Source of the DNA: an uncultured Nitrososphaera sp.
GTDB taxonomy: Archaea > Thermoproteota > Nitrososphaeria > Nitrososphaerales > Nitrososphaeraceae
NCBI GenBank assembly: GCA_964476255.1
Contig: CAYYYR010000033.1
Coordinates: 6,181-70,180, forward strand
Direction: 5' to 3'
DNA length: 64,000 nucleotides
Positions 48,251-58,061 of the stretch are shown here, piece after piece (position 1 is the stretch's first letter; every line of letters begins with the position of its first letter). The position numbers were made by a program, and so were the translations under genes. Under the pieces are notes generated by a model. It made no database searches and was not told where the DNA came from. It saw only the letters and a program-made list of their open reading frames with translations.

Positions 48251-48476
48251 ATTTACAGTAGAGCTCTTTGAAGAAGAAATAAACCTTTAGCAATGCCCTT
48301 GCGGTAGAGGTGACTGCCTGCAAAGCCATGCAAGGCCGGCGTTGCAGCCGCGCCACCACGCATATTGTAGGTGGGCGCGTGCGCGCGTTGCCAGTCCAGA
48401 AGCAGTTAGTTCTTTTATGCAAGCTGCTTTTCTTGCTTGAAAGGATTAATTTGATACGGATGCGCAGTAACGCCCG

Positions 48477-49565
48477 ATGTCGGTTGCCAAGGTCCGCATG
48501 GTAAAGGGCCCTGCTAGGGTGGCCGTTGACGGGGCGTGCCAAGTCCTTGGAAGCGACGTGTCGGGCCAGACGATCAAGATAAGGGCAGGCAGGGTACTCC
48601 CCTTCGAGCCTTCCGGTCGGTGCAGGCTGCGCACCCGGCTTGGGCACGGCGGCAGGACATGGCTGGCCGACCCTGCAGGGGCGGGGACTTTTATGTGGCG
48701 CGATGTCGCCCAGCAGGTTTCTGCCTTGGCAGCCGGCAGAAAGATTACGGTTATGCTCGCAGGCGACACGGACACGGGCAAGTCCACGCTTTCGGCGTAC
48801 CTTGCAAATGTAGCGCTTTCGCGCGGGCTAGCTTCGTGCGTCATTGACGGCGACATCGGGCAGGGGGACCTCGGGCCGCCGGCAGGCATCGGCGCCGCAG
48901 CGCTTTCTGGGCCTGTGACCGACCTGAGAGACGCCAGCGCCAACCTGCTTGAATTTGTGGGGGATATCTCGCCGGCGGGGCTTGAGCGCCTCGTGGCAGA
49001 AAAGTTGAGGTCCATCCTAGAGCGCGCCGGCCCGCTTGGCGACGTCTGCATCGTCAACACGGACGGCTACGTCAGGGATGCCGGCGTCGAGTACAAGCTG
49101 ATGATTGCAAAAGAATTACAGCCTGACGCAATAGTGTGCCTTGGAGAAAACCCTGCATTGCTTGAAGCGCTTGGCGGCGGACCGTGGCAGGTCCTGCGCG
49201 CTAGGGCAAGCGGGCAGGCGTCAAAATCAAGGTTCGAGCGCGCGAGCCGCCGGCTGGACCAGTTCCTCAGGCACGTCGGCCGCGGATCGTCTGCTGCAGA
49301 GCTGCAGCGGCTCAAGTTCGTATATGCTGGCAAGCTTTTTTCGCCGCCAGAGCTGCAGCGGCCGGCGATAAAGCAGCTAGAGCGGGAAAACCTGAAAAGG
49401 ATGTTTGTCGGGCTGGGCTCAGCCGGCATGGTGGCAGGATTTGGAGTTGTCACATGCGTCAGCACGAGCATCATTCGCGTCCAGACCGACGTCGATTATT
49501 TTGACACGGTCTACCTCAGCAACATCCGGCTTTGCAGGGGAAGGGCCGCCGAGATCAGGCTTTGA
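48477..49565 (+). CDS. Clp1/Nol9-family polynucleotide 5'-OH kinase
   Basis: Walker A GDTDTGKST, DGDIGQ...GPP and VNTDG motifs. Confidence 0.9.
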   Translation: MSVAKVRMVKGPARVAVDGACQVLGSDVSGQTIKIRAGRVLPFEPSGRCRLRTRLGHGGRTWLADPAGAGTFMWRDVAQQVSALAAGRKITVMLAGDTDTGKSTLSAYLANVALSRGLASCVIDGDIGQGDLGPPAGIGAAALSGPVTDLRDASANLLEFVGDISPAGLERLVAEKLRSILERAGPLGDVCIVNTDGYVRDAGVEYKLMIAKELQPDAIVCLGENPALLEALGGGPWQVLRARASGQASKSRFERASRRLDQFLRHVGRGSSAAELQRLKFVYAGKLFSPPELQRPAIKQLERENLKRMFVGLGSAGMVAGFGVVTCVSTSIIRVQTDVDYFDTVYLSNIRLCRGRAAEIRL

Positions 49566-50208
49566 ATACTGGGTCCTTGAGTCCGAGCGAGCCAAACGCT
49601 TCAATCCTCTGCCTGCACGCGTAACACCGGCCGCAGTGGGCTTTGCCTTCCCTGTGGCAGCTCCAAGTCTGCCCCACCGGGGTCTTGAGCCTGATGGCGA
49701 GCCTGACTATTTCCTTTCTGTCCATCCCGGCCAGCGGGAGCAGCACCTGGTACGCCCGGCCATCGCACAGGAGGCACCCCTCCCTGAAAAGCGCGTTCAG
49801 CCTTCCAATGTAGCCTCTCGAGGCGTCCTTGAAGAACGCGGCGTCGTGCAGGTTGTGGCCGCCGACGATCCACCTTGCGCCGAGGTATTCCGCGTGGTGG
49901 GCGGCTATCGAATAGAAGATAAAGTTCCTTGCAGGGACGTACGACGACAGCAGGGCTTCGGGGTCGCGCCTTTTCAGCCGGCCGTTGTAAAAGTCAGACG
50001 CCTCCTTTACAAACGGCAAATCCACTTTTATCAACTCTGTCACGCCGGCGCTTTTTGCCAGCCTTGCCGTCGCGCGCCTTTCCTGCGCGAGCCTGCCAAA
50101 GTAGTTGAACGTAATCGCCGAAACACCGGCAAACTTTTCTTTAGCCCAGTAAAGGCACGTGGCGGAATCCAGCCCGCCAGAAAGCATTACCAGAGCCTTA
50201 TCGCTCAA
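49555..50208 (-). CDS. queC: 7-cyano-7-deazaguanine synthase
   Basis: SGGLDS, YVPARN and TWSC......CGRC.AC motifs. Confidence 0.93.
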   Translation of the reverse strand: MSDKALVMLSGGLDSATCLYWAKEKFAGVSAITFNYFGRLAQERRATARLAKSAGVTELIKVDLPFVKEASDFYNGRLKRRDPEALLSSYVPARNFIFYSIAAHHAEYLGARWIVGGHNLHDAAFFKDASRGYIGRLNALFREGCLLCDGRAYQVLLPLAGMDRKEIVRLAIRLKTPVGQTWSCHREGKAHCGRCYACRQRIEAFGSLGLKDPVFKA

Positions 50209-50209
50209 T

Positions 50210-51031
50210 CTAGTCCTTCTTTACTCCGGCAATGATGTGGGCACCCTTGTTGACTCCCTCGTATATGTACACGCCCAGGGCCTGCACGTTCGGGGGCATC
50301 TTGGGCGCAAGGAGCCTGATTATCTCTGAAGAGAGGTTCTCCACCGTCGCCTCGCCGGACAGCATGTACGTGGTCATTTTTGGCAGCTGCAGGCTGAAAT
50401 GTCCCTTCGGGCCGTCAAACGCGATATAGTAGTGCTCAGGGTCTTCCTTCTGCAGGTATTTCCTGTTGATAAAGAATTTGTGATCTATTGCGTTGAGCGC
50501 TTCCTTGATTATCCTCTTTGCCTCTCCAAAGTCGATCACTAGGTTGTTATTCATGCTGCCGATTATTTCGACCATCACGGTAGACGTGTGGCCGTGCAGC
50601 ACCGAGCACTTTTCCACTAGGGGCAGGATGTGCGCGTAGTCAAACGCAAGCGACGGGTCTTCGATAAAGATCGAGCCGGTCTGCATGTTGTCGCCGCCGT
50701 CGTAAAAAAAGAGCGAGTCCATCTCCTTTATCTTGCTCGCGTACTTTGAATGGCCGACTGCAATGATGTCAAGGCCCGGCAGCTGCTCGCGCACCTGCCT
50801 GAACGTGGCCGCGTCGGCCTCGGAATCTATTACCTCGATGTACCTGCCGCCCACCTTAAAGTCGATTTTCACGGACTTTCCATCCGGGAGTTGCACGATG
50901 GCGTCATACTCGTAATCTTGTCCAAGGAACGACAGCATTTTTGCAACGGACAGTTCCGCCCTGCTCCGGAGCAGCCTGCCCCTGTCTAGGTAGCGGAGAT
51001 CGCTGTCAAGAACGACCCTTTCTTTGGTCAT
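50210..51031 (-). CDS. queD: 6-carboxytetrahydropterin synthase QueD fused to an N-terminal nuclease-like domain
   Basis: C-terminal AH...CSVLHGH, DFG, DH, TVEN. N-terminal RSRAE..VA..L.....YEY...DF....YIE resembles PD-(D/E)xK. Confidence 0.85.
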   Translation of the reverse strand: MTKERVVLDSDLRYLDRGRLLRSRAELSVAKMLSFLGQDYEYDAIVQLPDGKSVKIDFKVGGRYIEVIDSEADAATFRQVREQLPGLDIIAVGHSKYASKIKEMDSLFFYDGGDNMQTGSIFIEDPSLAFDYAHILPLVEKCSVLHGHTSTVMVEIIGSMNNNLVIDFGEAKRIIKEALNAIDHKFFINRKYLQKEDPEHYYIAFDGPKGHFSLQLPKMTTYMLSGEATVENLSSEIIRLLAPKMPPNVQALGVYIYEGVNKGAHIIAGVKKD

Positions 51032-51125
51032 TAGGTCTTGTCTGCCAGAGTTTGGGCTCGAGCTTATATAAACGGTATTTCCATCTGGCGAGATTTGCAT
51101 TTATCTGGGTATGTGAGATGTAGCG

Positions 51126-51875
51126 GTGTTGACCGACCTGAAGCGGGCCCTTTATGACGCAGTGTCCGGGAACGTTCCCGAAGCCAAAATAGCGGTAGCC
51201 TTCTCGGGAGGAGTCGACAGCTCCCTCCTTGCTAGGATATGCAAGGACCTCGGCAAGCAGGCCATGCTGTTGACCGTGGGCTTTGCCGGCTCCCATGACA
51301 TCGAGTTTGCAAAAGGCATCGCCGTAAAGATGGGCATGGAGCATCAGACGATAGAGATCGACTATCCGGATTTCCAGGGAAACCTGCGGCGCGTCAGGCA
51401 GGTCATTAATTGCGAAAACACATCACATATCGAAAATTGCATTGCGTACTTATATGTCTGCAAGCTCGCAAAGCAAAACGGGCTGGACATTGTCCTGAGC
51501 GCAAACGGGTGCGACGAGCTTTTCTGCGGCTACGACGGGTACCGCAGGGCGTACAGCGGCGGAGAAGCGGCCATGATGAAGCTGATGGACGAAAAGATCG
51601 CCAACGAGTTTGCGCTCGTAGCCGAGATCGCGATGGTGGCAGGCCAATTTGGTGTGGCAGTAAGGCAGCCGTTTCTTTCAAACAAGTTTATCAAGTTTGC
51701 CAAGACCGTACCTATGGACCAAAAGATCAAGGGGGCTGACGACATGATTAGAAAGCACATGCTGCGGCAGGCGGCGCTTTCAATAGGGGTGCCTGAAGAG
51801 TCAGCGATGAAGCCCAAGAAGGCTCTCCAGTACGGCTCGTCAATCCACAAATACTTCAAGAAGGCAAGCGCCTAG
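51126..51875 (+). CDS. Asparagine-synthase C-terminal-like N-type ATP pyrophosphatase (no glutaminase domain)
   Basis: AFSGGVDS, G.DELF.GY, PFL, RK..LR and PKKALQYGS motifs. Confidence 0.88.
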   Translation: MLTDLKRALYDAVSGNVPEAKIAVAFSGGVDSSLLARICKDLGKQAMLLTVGFAGSHDIEFAKGIAVKMGMEHQTIEIDYPDFQGNLRRVRQVINCENTSHIENCIAYLYVCKLAKQNGLDIVLSANGCDELFCGYDGYRRAYSGGEAAMMKLMDEKIANEFALVAEIAMVAGQFGVAVRQPFLSNKFIKFAKTVPMDQKIKGADDMIRKHMLRQAALSIGVPEESAMKPKKALQYGSSIHKYFKKASA

Positions 51876-51937
51876 CCGGTTGTAGAAAAAAATACACACT
51901 AACGCATAACAAATCTTGCTCTAATGTATGACATATA

Positions 51938-52330
51938 ATGAGATCTTTAAAGACATCTATCGTACTAAATGCCGTTTCAGATGATGCATCACTTGAGCTA
52001 TTCAAGCTTGTTGCACTTACAAATGGTACCAGCGAAGTCCTTAGGAGCAGAATGGACATCACGCGCAAGCAGTATTATTCGAGGCTATGCAATCTGGTCC
52101 AATGTGGACTGATAAAAAGAAAGGACAGTAAATACTTCTTAACAGCTCTTGGCAGAGTGATGTACGACGCGCAAATAACCATCGAAAATGCCATAAGCGA
52201 CTACTGGAAGCTCAAGGCTATAGATTCTATTAGAATTATTAGCGACATTCCATTGGTAGAGCAGAAGAAACTCATCGAGACCATAATAGAAGATCCGGGA
52301 ATCAAGAATGCACTTACACAGCAGTCCTGA
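51938..52330 (+). CDS. Thaumarchaeal winged-helix protein
   Basis: L.A.SDD.SL.LF..A, ITRKQYYSRL..L...GLI, Y.LT.LG and YWKLKAIDS. Paralog of 54361-54756. Confidence 0.85.
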   Translation: MRSLKTSIVLNAVSDDASLELFKLVALTNGTSEVLRSRMDITRKQYYSRLCNLVQCGLIKRKDSKYFLTALGRVMYDAQITIENAISDYWKLKAIDSIRIISDIPLVEQKKLIETIIEDPGIKNALTQQS

Positions 52331-52583
52331 CAGCATCAGCGCCATTATAAATAAAGTATGAAACTATGCAATTGTCAGTCGTTCAATCTTCAATAATACA
52401 TTGTCAACCAGATCTGGGGTCTTCTAGCTCTGAAGAACAAATTAACTAGATTGCAAAATCTTTATAATCATATATAGGAATTACAATCTAATTCCCTTTT
52501 TTAGGAAAAGCATATGTCTGTACCTACATATACACCAGCTACTTTATATAGTTCCGGGATATTGTTCTAGCTCCGAATCTAGC

Positions 52584-53405
52584 ATGGCTACAAGAATAGA
52601 CGAATTCAAAGCAACGAACCATAACCTGGAAATGGAAAACAGCCTGACAGTAGAATTGCAAAAGCTTGACCTGACGCTCAACGAAGCAAGAATTCTCCTG
52701 TTCCTTATGACCCATGGGAATTCAACAGCAAGCGATGTTTCCCGATATACAGGAATCCAACGAACTGAAACATATAACTACATCTCAACACTGCTAGCGA
52801 AGGGCATTGTCTTCTCAACCTTTGACAGGCCGCAGAAATACTACGCCTTGCCTATCCATGAGGTGATCGATTGCCTTGTTCAGACAAAGCACAATGCTCT
52901 ACAGACGATATCAGAGAAAAAGAAGGACTACCAGGAAATGGTTGAGGCTATACTTAGTAGGACCATGGTTCCCGAATCTGACAAAAAGGAAAGCTACCAG
53001 ATAGTGATGGGTGAAAACGCGATCAATGCAAAGATAAAAAGGATGCTTGTAGAAGCAAAAGAAGAAGTCACAGTTCTGGTGACAGACAGAAATCTTGTCA
53101 ACCTTTATCACGCAGAAATAACCGATCAACTAATTCAGCTGACCACAAAGGGAATCCACGTCAAGTTGAGGACGCCTTGTAAGAACGCGAATGACTACAT
53201 CAGCTCTGAAGATGGTGACAAAACTTCGATTTCGCTAAGAACAACAGCCAAAGTGGTTCCGGTGAATTTCGTTCTTATCGACAATAAGGACATCATACTT
53301 TTGCTTGAGAGCAACTCATTCAAGAAATCAGAGCTATGCGGCTTCTACACCAACAACATATCGATGATCTCGGTCTTTAGGTTCATTTTTGATAACCTTA
53401 TATAA
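52584..53405 (+). CDS. TrmB-family transcriptional regulator
   Basis: L.LT.NEA.I..L...G..TA..VS...I.R.E.Y...L..KG.V....RP..Y plus C-terminal PLD-like effector domain. Confidence 0.9.
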   Translation: MATRIDEFKATNHNLEMENSLTVELQKLDLTLNEARILLFLMTHGNSTASDVSRYTGIQRTETYNYISTLLAKGIVFSTFDRPQKYYALPIHEVIDCLVQTKHNALQTISEKKKDYQEMVEAILSRTMVPESDKKESYQIVMGENAINAKIKRMLVEAKEEVTVLVTDRNLVNLYHAEITDQLIQLTTKGIHVKLRTPCKNANDYISSEDGDKTSISLRTTAKVVPVNFVLIDNKDIILLLESNSFKKSELCGFYTNNISMISVFRFIFDNLI

Positions 53406-53425
53406 TTGACCGGGATAGCCGGGTT

Positions 53426-54136
53426 GTGTCCGGCAATTCAATCGAGAGAATATTGGACAAGATCGATGCCGATATTTCCAAATATTTGATATTTGCCGGG
53501 GTTCTTGACAACAACGCCAAGCTTCTCAGCTTTAGAAGGGGAAAGGCGAACTTTTCTTTGCCAATAGAAAGACATGATACGCTCGATGTCCAACTATCTC
53601 TTATGTTTTCACTCATACGCCAGTTGGAAGACATCTCCGGCGTCCATAGATTCACGGTGACACGCTTTGCAAAACACGACATTTTCTTATTTGGTACCCC
53701 TGAACTCCACATTTTCGTGATAACCTCACCTACATCGGAAGAGCACGTTGTAAAAACATTGGCGGAGTTGGTTGCTACAATGAATGATACTGATCCGCAA
53801 ATGGCAGCGGCTGCCTTTGCCAATAGGACAATAGCTGCAACTTTGACTTCAACTACGATTCGTCGCGATGAACATGATATTGAGACAAAGTTCTCGCCGA
53901 CACCCAAGCCAGAGATTATTTCTGTCCTACAGGGCTATCTTATGGCTCTCGAACCGGGCTACACCATACAGGACGACGCAAGCAGTCACTACAAGATAAA
54001 AGCAAATGATAACAACCAGTTTACCTGGTCGTCGCTTCAAAAGATCAGCTCGACTTTCAAAGACAGGATTGAAATCCATCATATAGGCTTGGATGCCAAT
54101 GGCAATGTCTTTGTTAGAATTTCGCTGAGATATTAA
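53426..54136 (+). CDS. Hypothetical protein with N-terminal roadblock/DUF6659-like domain
   Basis: IFAGVLDNNAKLL.FRRG pattern. Follows trmB by 20 nt. Confidence 0.7.
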   Translation: MSGNSIERILDKIDADISKYLIFAGVLDNNAKLLSFRRGKANFSLPIERHDTLDVQLSLMFSLIRQLEDISGVHRFTVTRFAKHDIFLFGTPELHIFVITSPTSEEHVVKTLAELVATMNDTDPQMAAAAFANRTIAATLTSTTIRRDEHDIETKFSPTPKPEIISVLQGYLMALEPGYTIQDDASSHYKIKANDNNQFTWSSLQKISSTFKDRIEIHHIGLDANGNVFVRISLRY

Positions 54137-54232
54137 CTGTTGATAGGGTTATATCGCGAATGCAACCTTTTCACACCAGCAGATCGTTATGTTTGACTTT
54201 CTCAAACTTGCCATCATATAACGAACTTATAG

Positions 54233-54288
54233 CAACTATCAAATCTTATAATGAATCTTGTCACAAATCTTAATCAACTATCAATCTT
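54233..54288. repeat. Short direct-repeat array (AATCTT x4; CAACTATCAA x2)
   Basis: AATCTT at 54242, 54254, 54266 and 54283; CAACTATCAA at 54233 and 54275. Confidence 0.6.
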
Positions 54289-54360
54289 TCCGAGATTTCT
54301 CATAACGGCCATATACCTTCAAGCACAATCATGCTCATTGCGGACAGGTTTCAAAAAAGG

Positions 54361-54756
54361 TTAGGATCCTTTTACAAGGATTTCCTTTAGCGCTTGGTTC
54401 TCCAGTAGCGCGTCAATCAGCTTCTGCTGCTCTTCCTTCGGAAGTTCGTTGGACATTTCGAGCGAATCGATTGCCTTGAGCTTCCAGTAGCTTATGAGGG
54501 CATTATCTACTGTAGTTTGAGCGTCATGAACGATCTTACCAAAGGCAGTGAGAAGGTACTTGCCGCTCTTTTTCCTGACGAGTCCCGTCTTTGTCATCCG
54601 CGACAACCTCGAATAATACTGCTTGCGCGTGAGCTTTGTCTTGCTCTTCAGGCTCTCACTGTCGATCGTTCCTTGAGCAATAGTCTTGAAAAGTTCTAAT
54701 GATTTGTCATCGGCAATGGCTCTTAGGACTGTCGCCGATGTCTGTAACTTAGCCAT
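54361..54756 (-). CDS. Thaumarchaeal winged-helix protein
   Basis: LRAIADDKSLELF, LTRKQYYSRL and YWKLKAIDS. Confidence 0.88.
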   Translation of the reverse strand: MAKLQTSATVLRAIADDKSLELFKTIAQGTIDSESLKSKTKLTRKQYYSRLSRMTKTGLVRKKSGKYLLTAFGKIVHDAQTTVDNALISYWKLKAIDSLEMSNELPKEEQQKLIDALLENQALKEILVKGS

Positions 54757-54905
54757 ATTCTACCCCGTTTGGTGGCTGCGCGCTTATTATAGGTTTATTA
54801 TCTAAAGGCAGGTTCTGCAGACAGATAGTCTCTAGTTATGGATACTTTTGTATTATAGAGGAGGTGTATGCTCAACTGATAAAGTTGTCACGCCGTGCAA
54901 AGCTG

Positions 54906-55898
54906 CTAAAGCAATAGTATCGTTCCAACTGCAAGGTTTAGCTGCAGCACCAAGTGCAGCGGAAACAACTTCTTGTGATGCTTGCGCATGAGCTCCATTT
55001 CTAAATCATCCAGTCTTTTTCGCATCTGTAATAGTCTGTTTATTACAAGTAGTGCAAAGAGGCTTGTGCCCAAAGTCATAGCTATGCCAATGTTAACCGA
55101 TACTCCGTAAAGTGCCCACGATGTGAACAGCATGCTCGCAGCCAGGACCATCATCATCTTGATGGTGTTGTTTCCACCAAGGACGATAGGAATTGTGTGT
55201 CTTCCTGCTGCCCTGTCTCCTTCGATGTCTCCCAGATCGTTTAGCGTCGACGAAATGAATATCATAATCCCAAGCATCACCATGGCATATACAGGTACAG
55301 CCGGGTTGCTGAATGCAAGATCCATGCCATAGCTTGACATTACGCCGAGCAGAGCGCAGAGCATGTAAAAGGCAGCTATGGAAAGTGTCTTGACTACGAA
55401 CCTGTTCATGAACGCTGTTTTGGGAGCCGAATACATTATGCCGATGGCCAGCATTGGAACAATGATGATCATGCTGGTTAGGTTGAGCGTGGCTATTGAC
55501 AGCAGTACGGCAGCCCCGTTAGTTCCCGCTATAAAGATCCAGGCCTGTCTTTTTGAAACCAGCCCGGAAGGTATTGGCCGGTTCTTGCCATTTGCCCTGT
55601 CGAGATCCGCGTCAACAAGGTCGTTCAATATGTACATGCCTGTTGCCACGAGCAGCGAGATCAAAGGCAGTGGCATAACTATGTGGGCAAATGTCAGAAT
55701 GTTTGTCTCTGAACCCATTGCAATGAGCACGCCGGGAACGCAAAGCAATCCCGCGACTGTCGCCATCGAATAAAGCATTCCCCATTTCTTGCGAGATTGG
55801 AAGAGAATCAGTTGAGACCGGACAAAAGAAGTTTGTGTCCTGCTCCCAGCGCTCCCGTTCTTGGTTTGTCGCCTAAATTGGGGTATTGGTATCGGCAT
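54906..55898 (-). CDS. UbiA-family prenyltransferase (DGGGP-synthase-like paralog)
   Basis: NDLVDADLDRAN...RPIPSG and NDLGDIEGD..AG.HT Asp-rich motifs; YS.P; multiple TM helices. Confidence 0.9.
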   Translation of the reverse strand: MPIPIPQFRRQTKNGSAGSRTQTSFVRSQLILFQSRKKWGMLYSMATVAGLLCVPGVLIAMGSETNILTFAHIVMPLPLISLLVATGMYILNDLVDADLDRANGKNRPIPSGLVSKRQAWIFIAGTNGAAVLLSIATLNLTSMIIIVPMLAIGIMYSAPKTAFMNRFVVKTLSIAAFYMLCALLGVMSSYGMDLAFSNPAVPVYAMVMLGIMIFISSTLNDLGDIEGDRAAGRHTIPIVLGGNNTIKMMMVLAASMLFTSWALYGVSVNIGIAMTLGTSLFALLVINRLLQMRKRLDDLEMELMRKHHKKLFPLHLVLQLNLAVGTILLL

Positions 55899-56256
55899 GT
55901 CGGGTAAGGAGCTGCTGCTCCTTTTTTTGGATAGGGTTTCTCTGCAAGGGGAATATTTGCGCTAATTCTTGTAGGTACCTCAATTATAGAAGAAATATAG
56001 CGAACAATATACTGGAAATGAGTCTAGCGAGACATGCAGCTACGCAGGAGACCATAGTCGCGGCCGAAAAGCTTGTATTTTGGCTAGCTCCGAGCTTGGG
56101 CTGTCACCAAGGTCGTCAGCACAACTGAAACTATGACTAAGAAAATAGAGATTTCTACTAAATATAGGAGTTAAATTACAGGTTTAGATGCTATTACTTC
56201 CCATAAGCGGGAACATACTAAAATTTAAATACACCTATGGCTACTTCTACAGCAAT

Positions 56257-57153
56257 ATGCCTGGGCAAGCTACTATGGAGCAGGTTTTCTCTGTCCTAGC
56301 AGACAGGCACTCATTAAATATAATGAAGATGGCTTATTCTGGCTTTAAGGCATCCGCTACCACTTACAACGGCAGTCTTTCCAAAAAGCAGTTTTATGTC
56401 CGACTAAAGCGACTGCGGGACATTGGATTTATTGAGAAGCGTGACACGGTTTATAGGACTACTTCATTTGGTTCCATAGTCTATAATGGTCATATCAGGA
56501 CGCTCGAAGAGATACTTGGCAACTATTGGAATCTCAAGGCAGTGGACGTCCTGAAATCAAGGCAGGACTTTCCGCTGCAGCATAAGGAGAGGGTGATTGA
56601 CGAAATAATTCAAAACTGCAACCTGAAGAACATTGTGAACGGAACACACCTATCAGGCTTCTCTGTAATCAAGGACTATAACCGACTTGTTGTCGAGGTA
56701 ACAAAGCTCCTAGAAGGTGCACAGAAAGAGGTGTACTTGGCAACCCGCTATCACGACCCCCACTTCTCAAAGCTTCTGTTTGCAAAGGTCGCTGACGGCG
56801 TTACGCTCCACATGCTTGACAGCCTTCCTGACCAGATATCTGTTGAAAACAGGCTTAATGCAGTTTTGAGGACGCCGCCAAACAAGGAAACCTTTGACAT
56901 GGTAAACTCGATAATAGGGTCTTCTAGGTTTGACCTGAAGCGGGCCAAAGTACTGGCTAGTTTTATGGTAGTTGACGGCACTACTGTCGTCTATGAAACG
57001 ACAAACTATGCCAACCCCGAGCAATTTACGCTTGCAATCTCCCACTACGACGATCCGTACCTTGCCCAGCGCTTCATATCGTACTACCAGATGCTGGCAA
57101 AGGACGCCACGGTTCCCCAGCTCCTTGCCAGCGTCCGCGAAAAGCAGCACTAA
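56257..57153 (+). CDS. Winged-helix regulator fused to a TrmB/PLD-like C-terminal domain
   Basis: LSKKQFYVRL..L...G.I, YWNLKA.D, then A.KEVYLA...SFMVVDG. ATG 56257 follows TTTAAATA. Confidence 0.8.
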   Translation: MPGQATMEQVFSVLADRHSLNIMKMAYSGFKASATTYNGSLSKKQFYVRLKRLRDIGFIEKRDTVYRTTSFGSIVYNGHIRTLEEILGNYWNLKAVDVLKSRQDFPLQHKERVIDEIIQNCNLKNIVNGTHLSGFSVIKDYNRLVVEVTKLLEGAQKEVYLATRYHDPHFSKLLFAKVADGVTLHMLDSLPDQISVENRLNAVLRTPPNKETFDMVNSIIGSSRFDLKRAKVLASFMVVDGTTVVYETTNYANPEQFTLAISHYDDPYLAQRFISYYQMLAKDATVPQLLASVREKQH

Positions 57154-58010
57154 TCGCTGTTTAAAGAGTCAAGCCATTTAGTTATCGAAGAAATAAACTT
57201 CATCCTTTCTTCTTCAGCATATTTTGAGTCCTGCTTGTAAAATACTGCATCATAGAACCAGTGGTCGCAGTCAAATGTTTTGATTTCCTTGTCTTTTGTA
57301 TGGAGCAGCTTGAAAAATTCCTCAGAAACCTTTGGGTAGACATTTCTGTCTTTTAACCCGTGCAGGACAAGCACCGGCACATTGACTTCAGATAGTTCTG
57401 CGATCCTGCTGTTTCGTTTTGTAACCACGTCTATAAGATATCTATATGAGTACTCAAAGTTCACTGCAGGGTCCTGCATCATGTAGGTGACCTCACTTCC
57501 ACCGATCCTGACATAGTTTGGAAGGGCCTTTGTAACGTTTACCTTCTTAGAAGGAGCAATTAGGCGCCCCAAAAGCAGGATTACAAATGCAAGCGGACTG
57601 GGCTCTGCATCAGATCTCTTTATGCCGCTGATCCTGATGTAAGGGGCCATCAGGACAAGACCATCCACCAAGCCGGACGAGCGCGCATACCAGAGGGCAA
57701 ATGTGGAGCCCATGCTGTGGGCTAGAATAAACACCCTTGACGACTTTTTCTTCAACTCCATAACGATCTGTTTGATGGATTTCAGGCAGGCGTCAAAGTC
57801 AAGATCACCTTTTTCACCGTCAGATCTGCCGTGGCCGGGCAAATCCATGCTAGCAACATCGTATCCTGCCTCCGATAGCTTGGCTCCAACATACGCAAAA
57901 ATTCGTGCGTCGCAACAAAATCCATGTATACACAGCACTGTGCCGCGGGCAGGTTTTCTGGACGGGATTTCGATGACATTTATTTTGCCACTTGCGGTTT
58001 CGTAGGTCAA
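57150..58010 (-). CDS. Alpha/beta hydrolase (lysophospholipase-like)
   Basis: HGF, DLPGHGRS.G, AHSMG nucleophile, HG..D and H. Confidence 0.92.
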   Translation of the reverse strand: MTYETASGKINVIEIPSRKPARGTVLCIHGFCCDARIFAYVGAKLSEAGYDVASMDLPGHGRSDGEKGDLDFDACLKSIKQIVMELKKKSSRVFILAHSMGSTFALWYARSSGLVDGLVLMAPYIRISGIKRSDAEPSPLAFVILLLGRLIAPSKKVNVTKALPNYVRIGGSEVTYMMQDPAVNFEYSYRYLIDVVTKRNSRIAELSEVNVPVLVLHGLKDRNVYPKVSEEFFKLLHTKDKEIKTFDCDHWFYDAVFYKQDSKYAEEERMKFISSITKWLDSLNSD

Positions 58011-58061
58011 ACATGATACGCCTCTGTTGGCATGCTTGTGACAATTGAATTGTACAAGTTA

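Noticed and set aside
48290..48470. Cys-rich fragmentary ORF between the permease and clp1
   Set aside because: It needs multiple frameshifts to make sense; insufficient support.
19914..50235. Long antisense ORFs (e.g. 19914-20783, 20797-21564, 26277-27365, 38072-38980, 42325-43257, 46844-47857, 49405-50235)
   Set aside because: Shadows of well-supported genes in the GC3-rich block, with no motifs of their own.
55975..56160. Short hydrophobic ORF upstream of the UbiA gene as a prenylated peptide precursor
   Set aside because: Only a 23-codon ORF (MVSCVAACLARLISSILFAIFLL) with no leader/core features, indistinguishable from chance.
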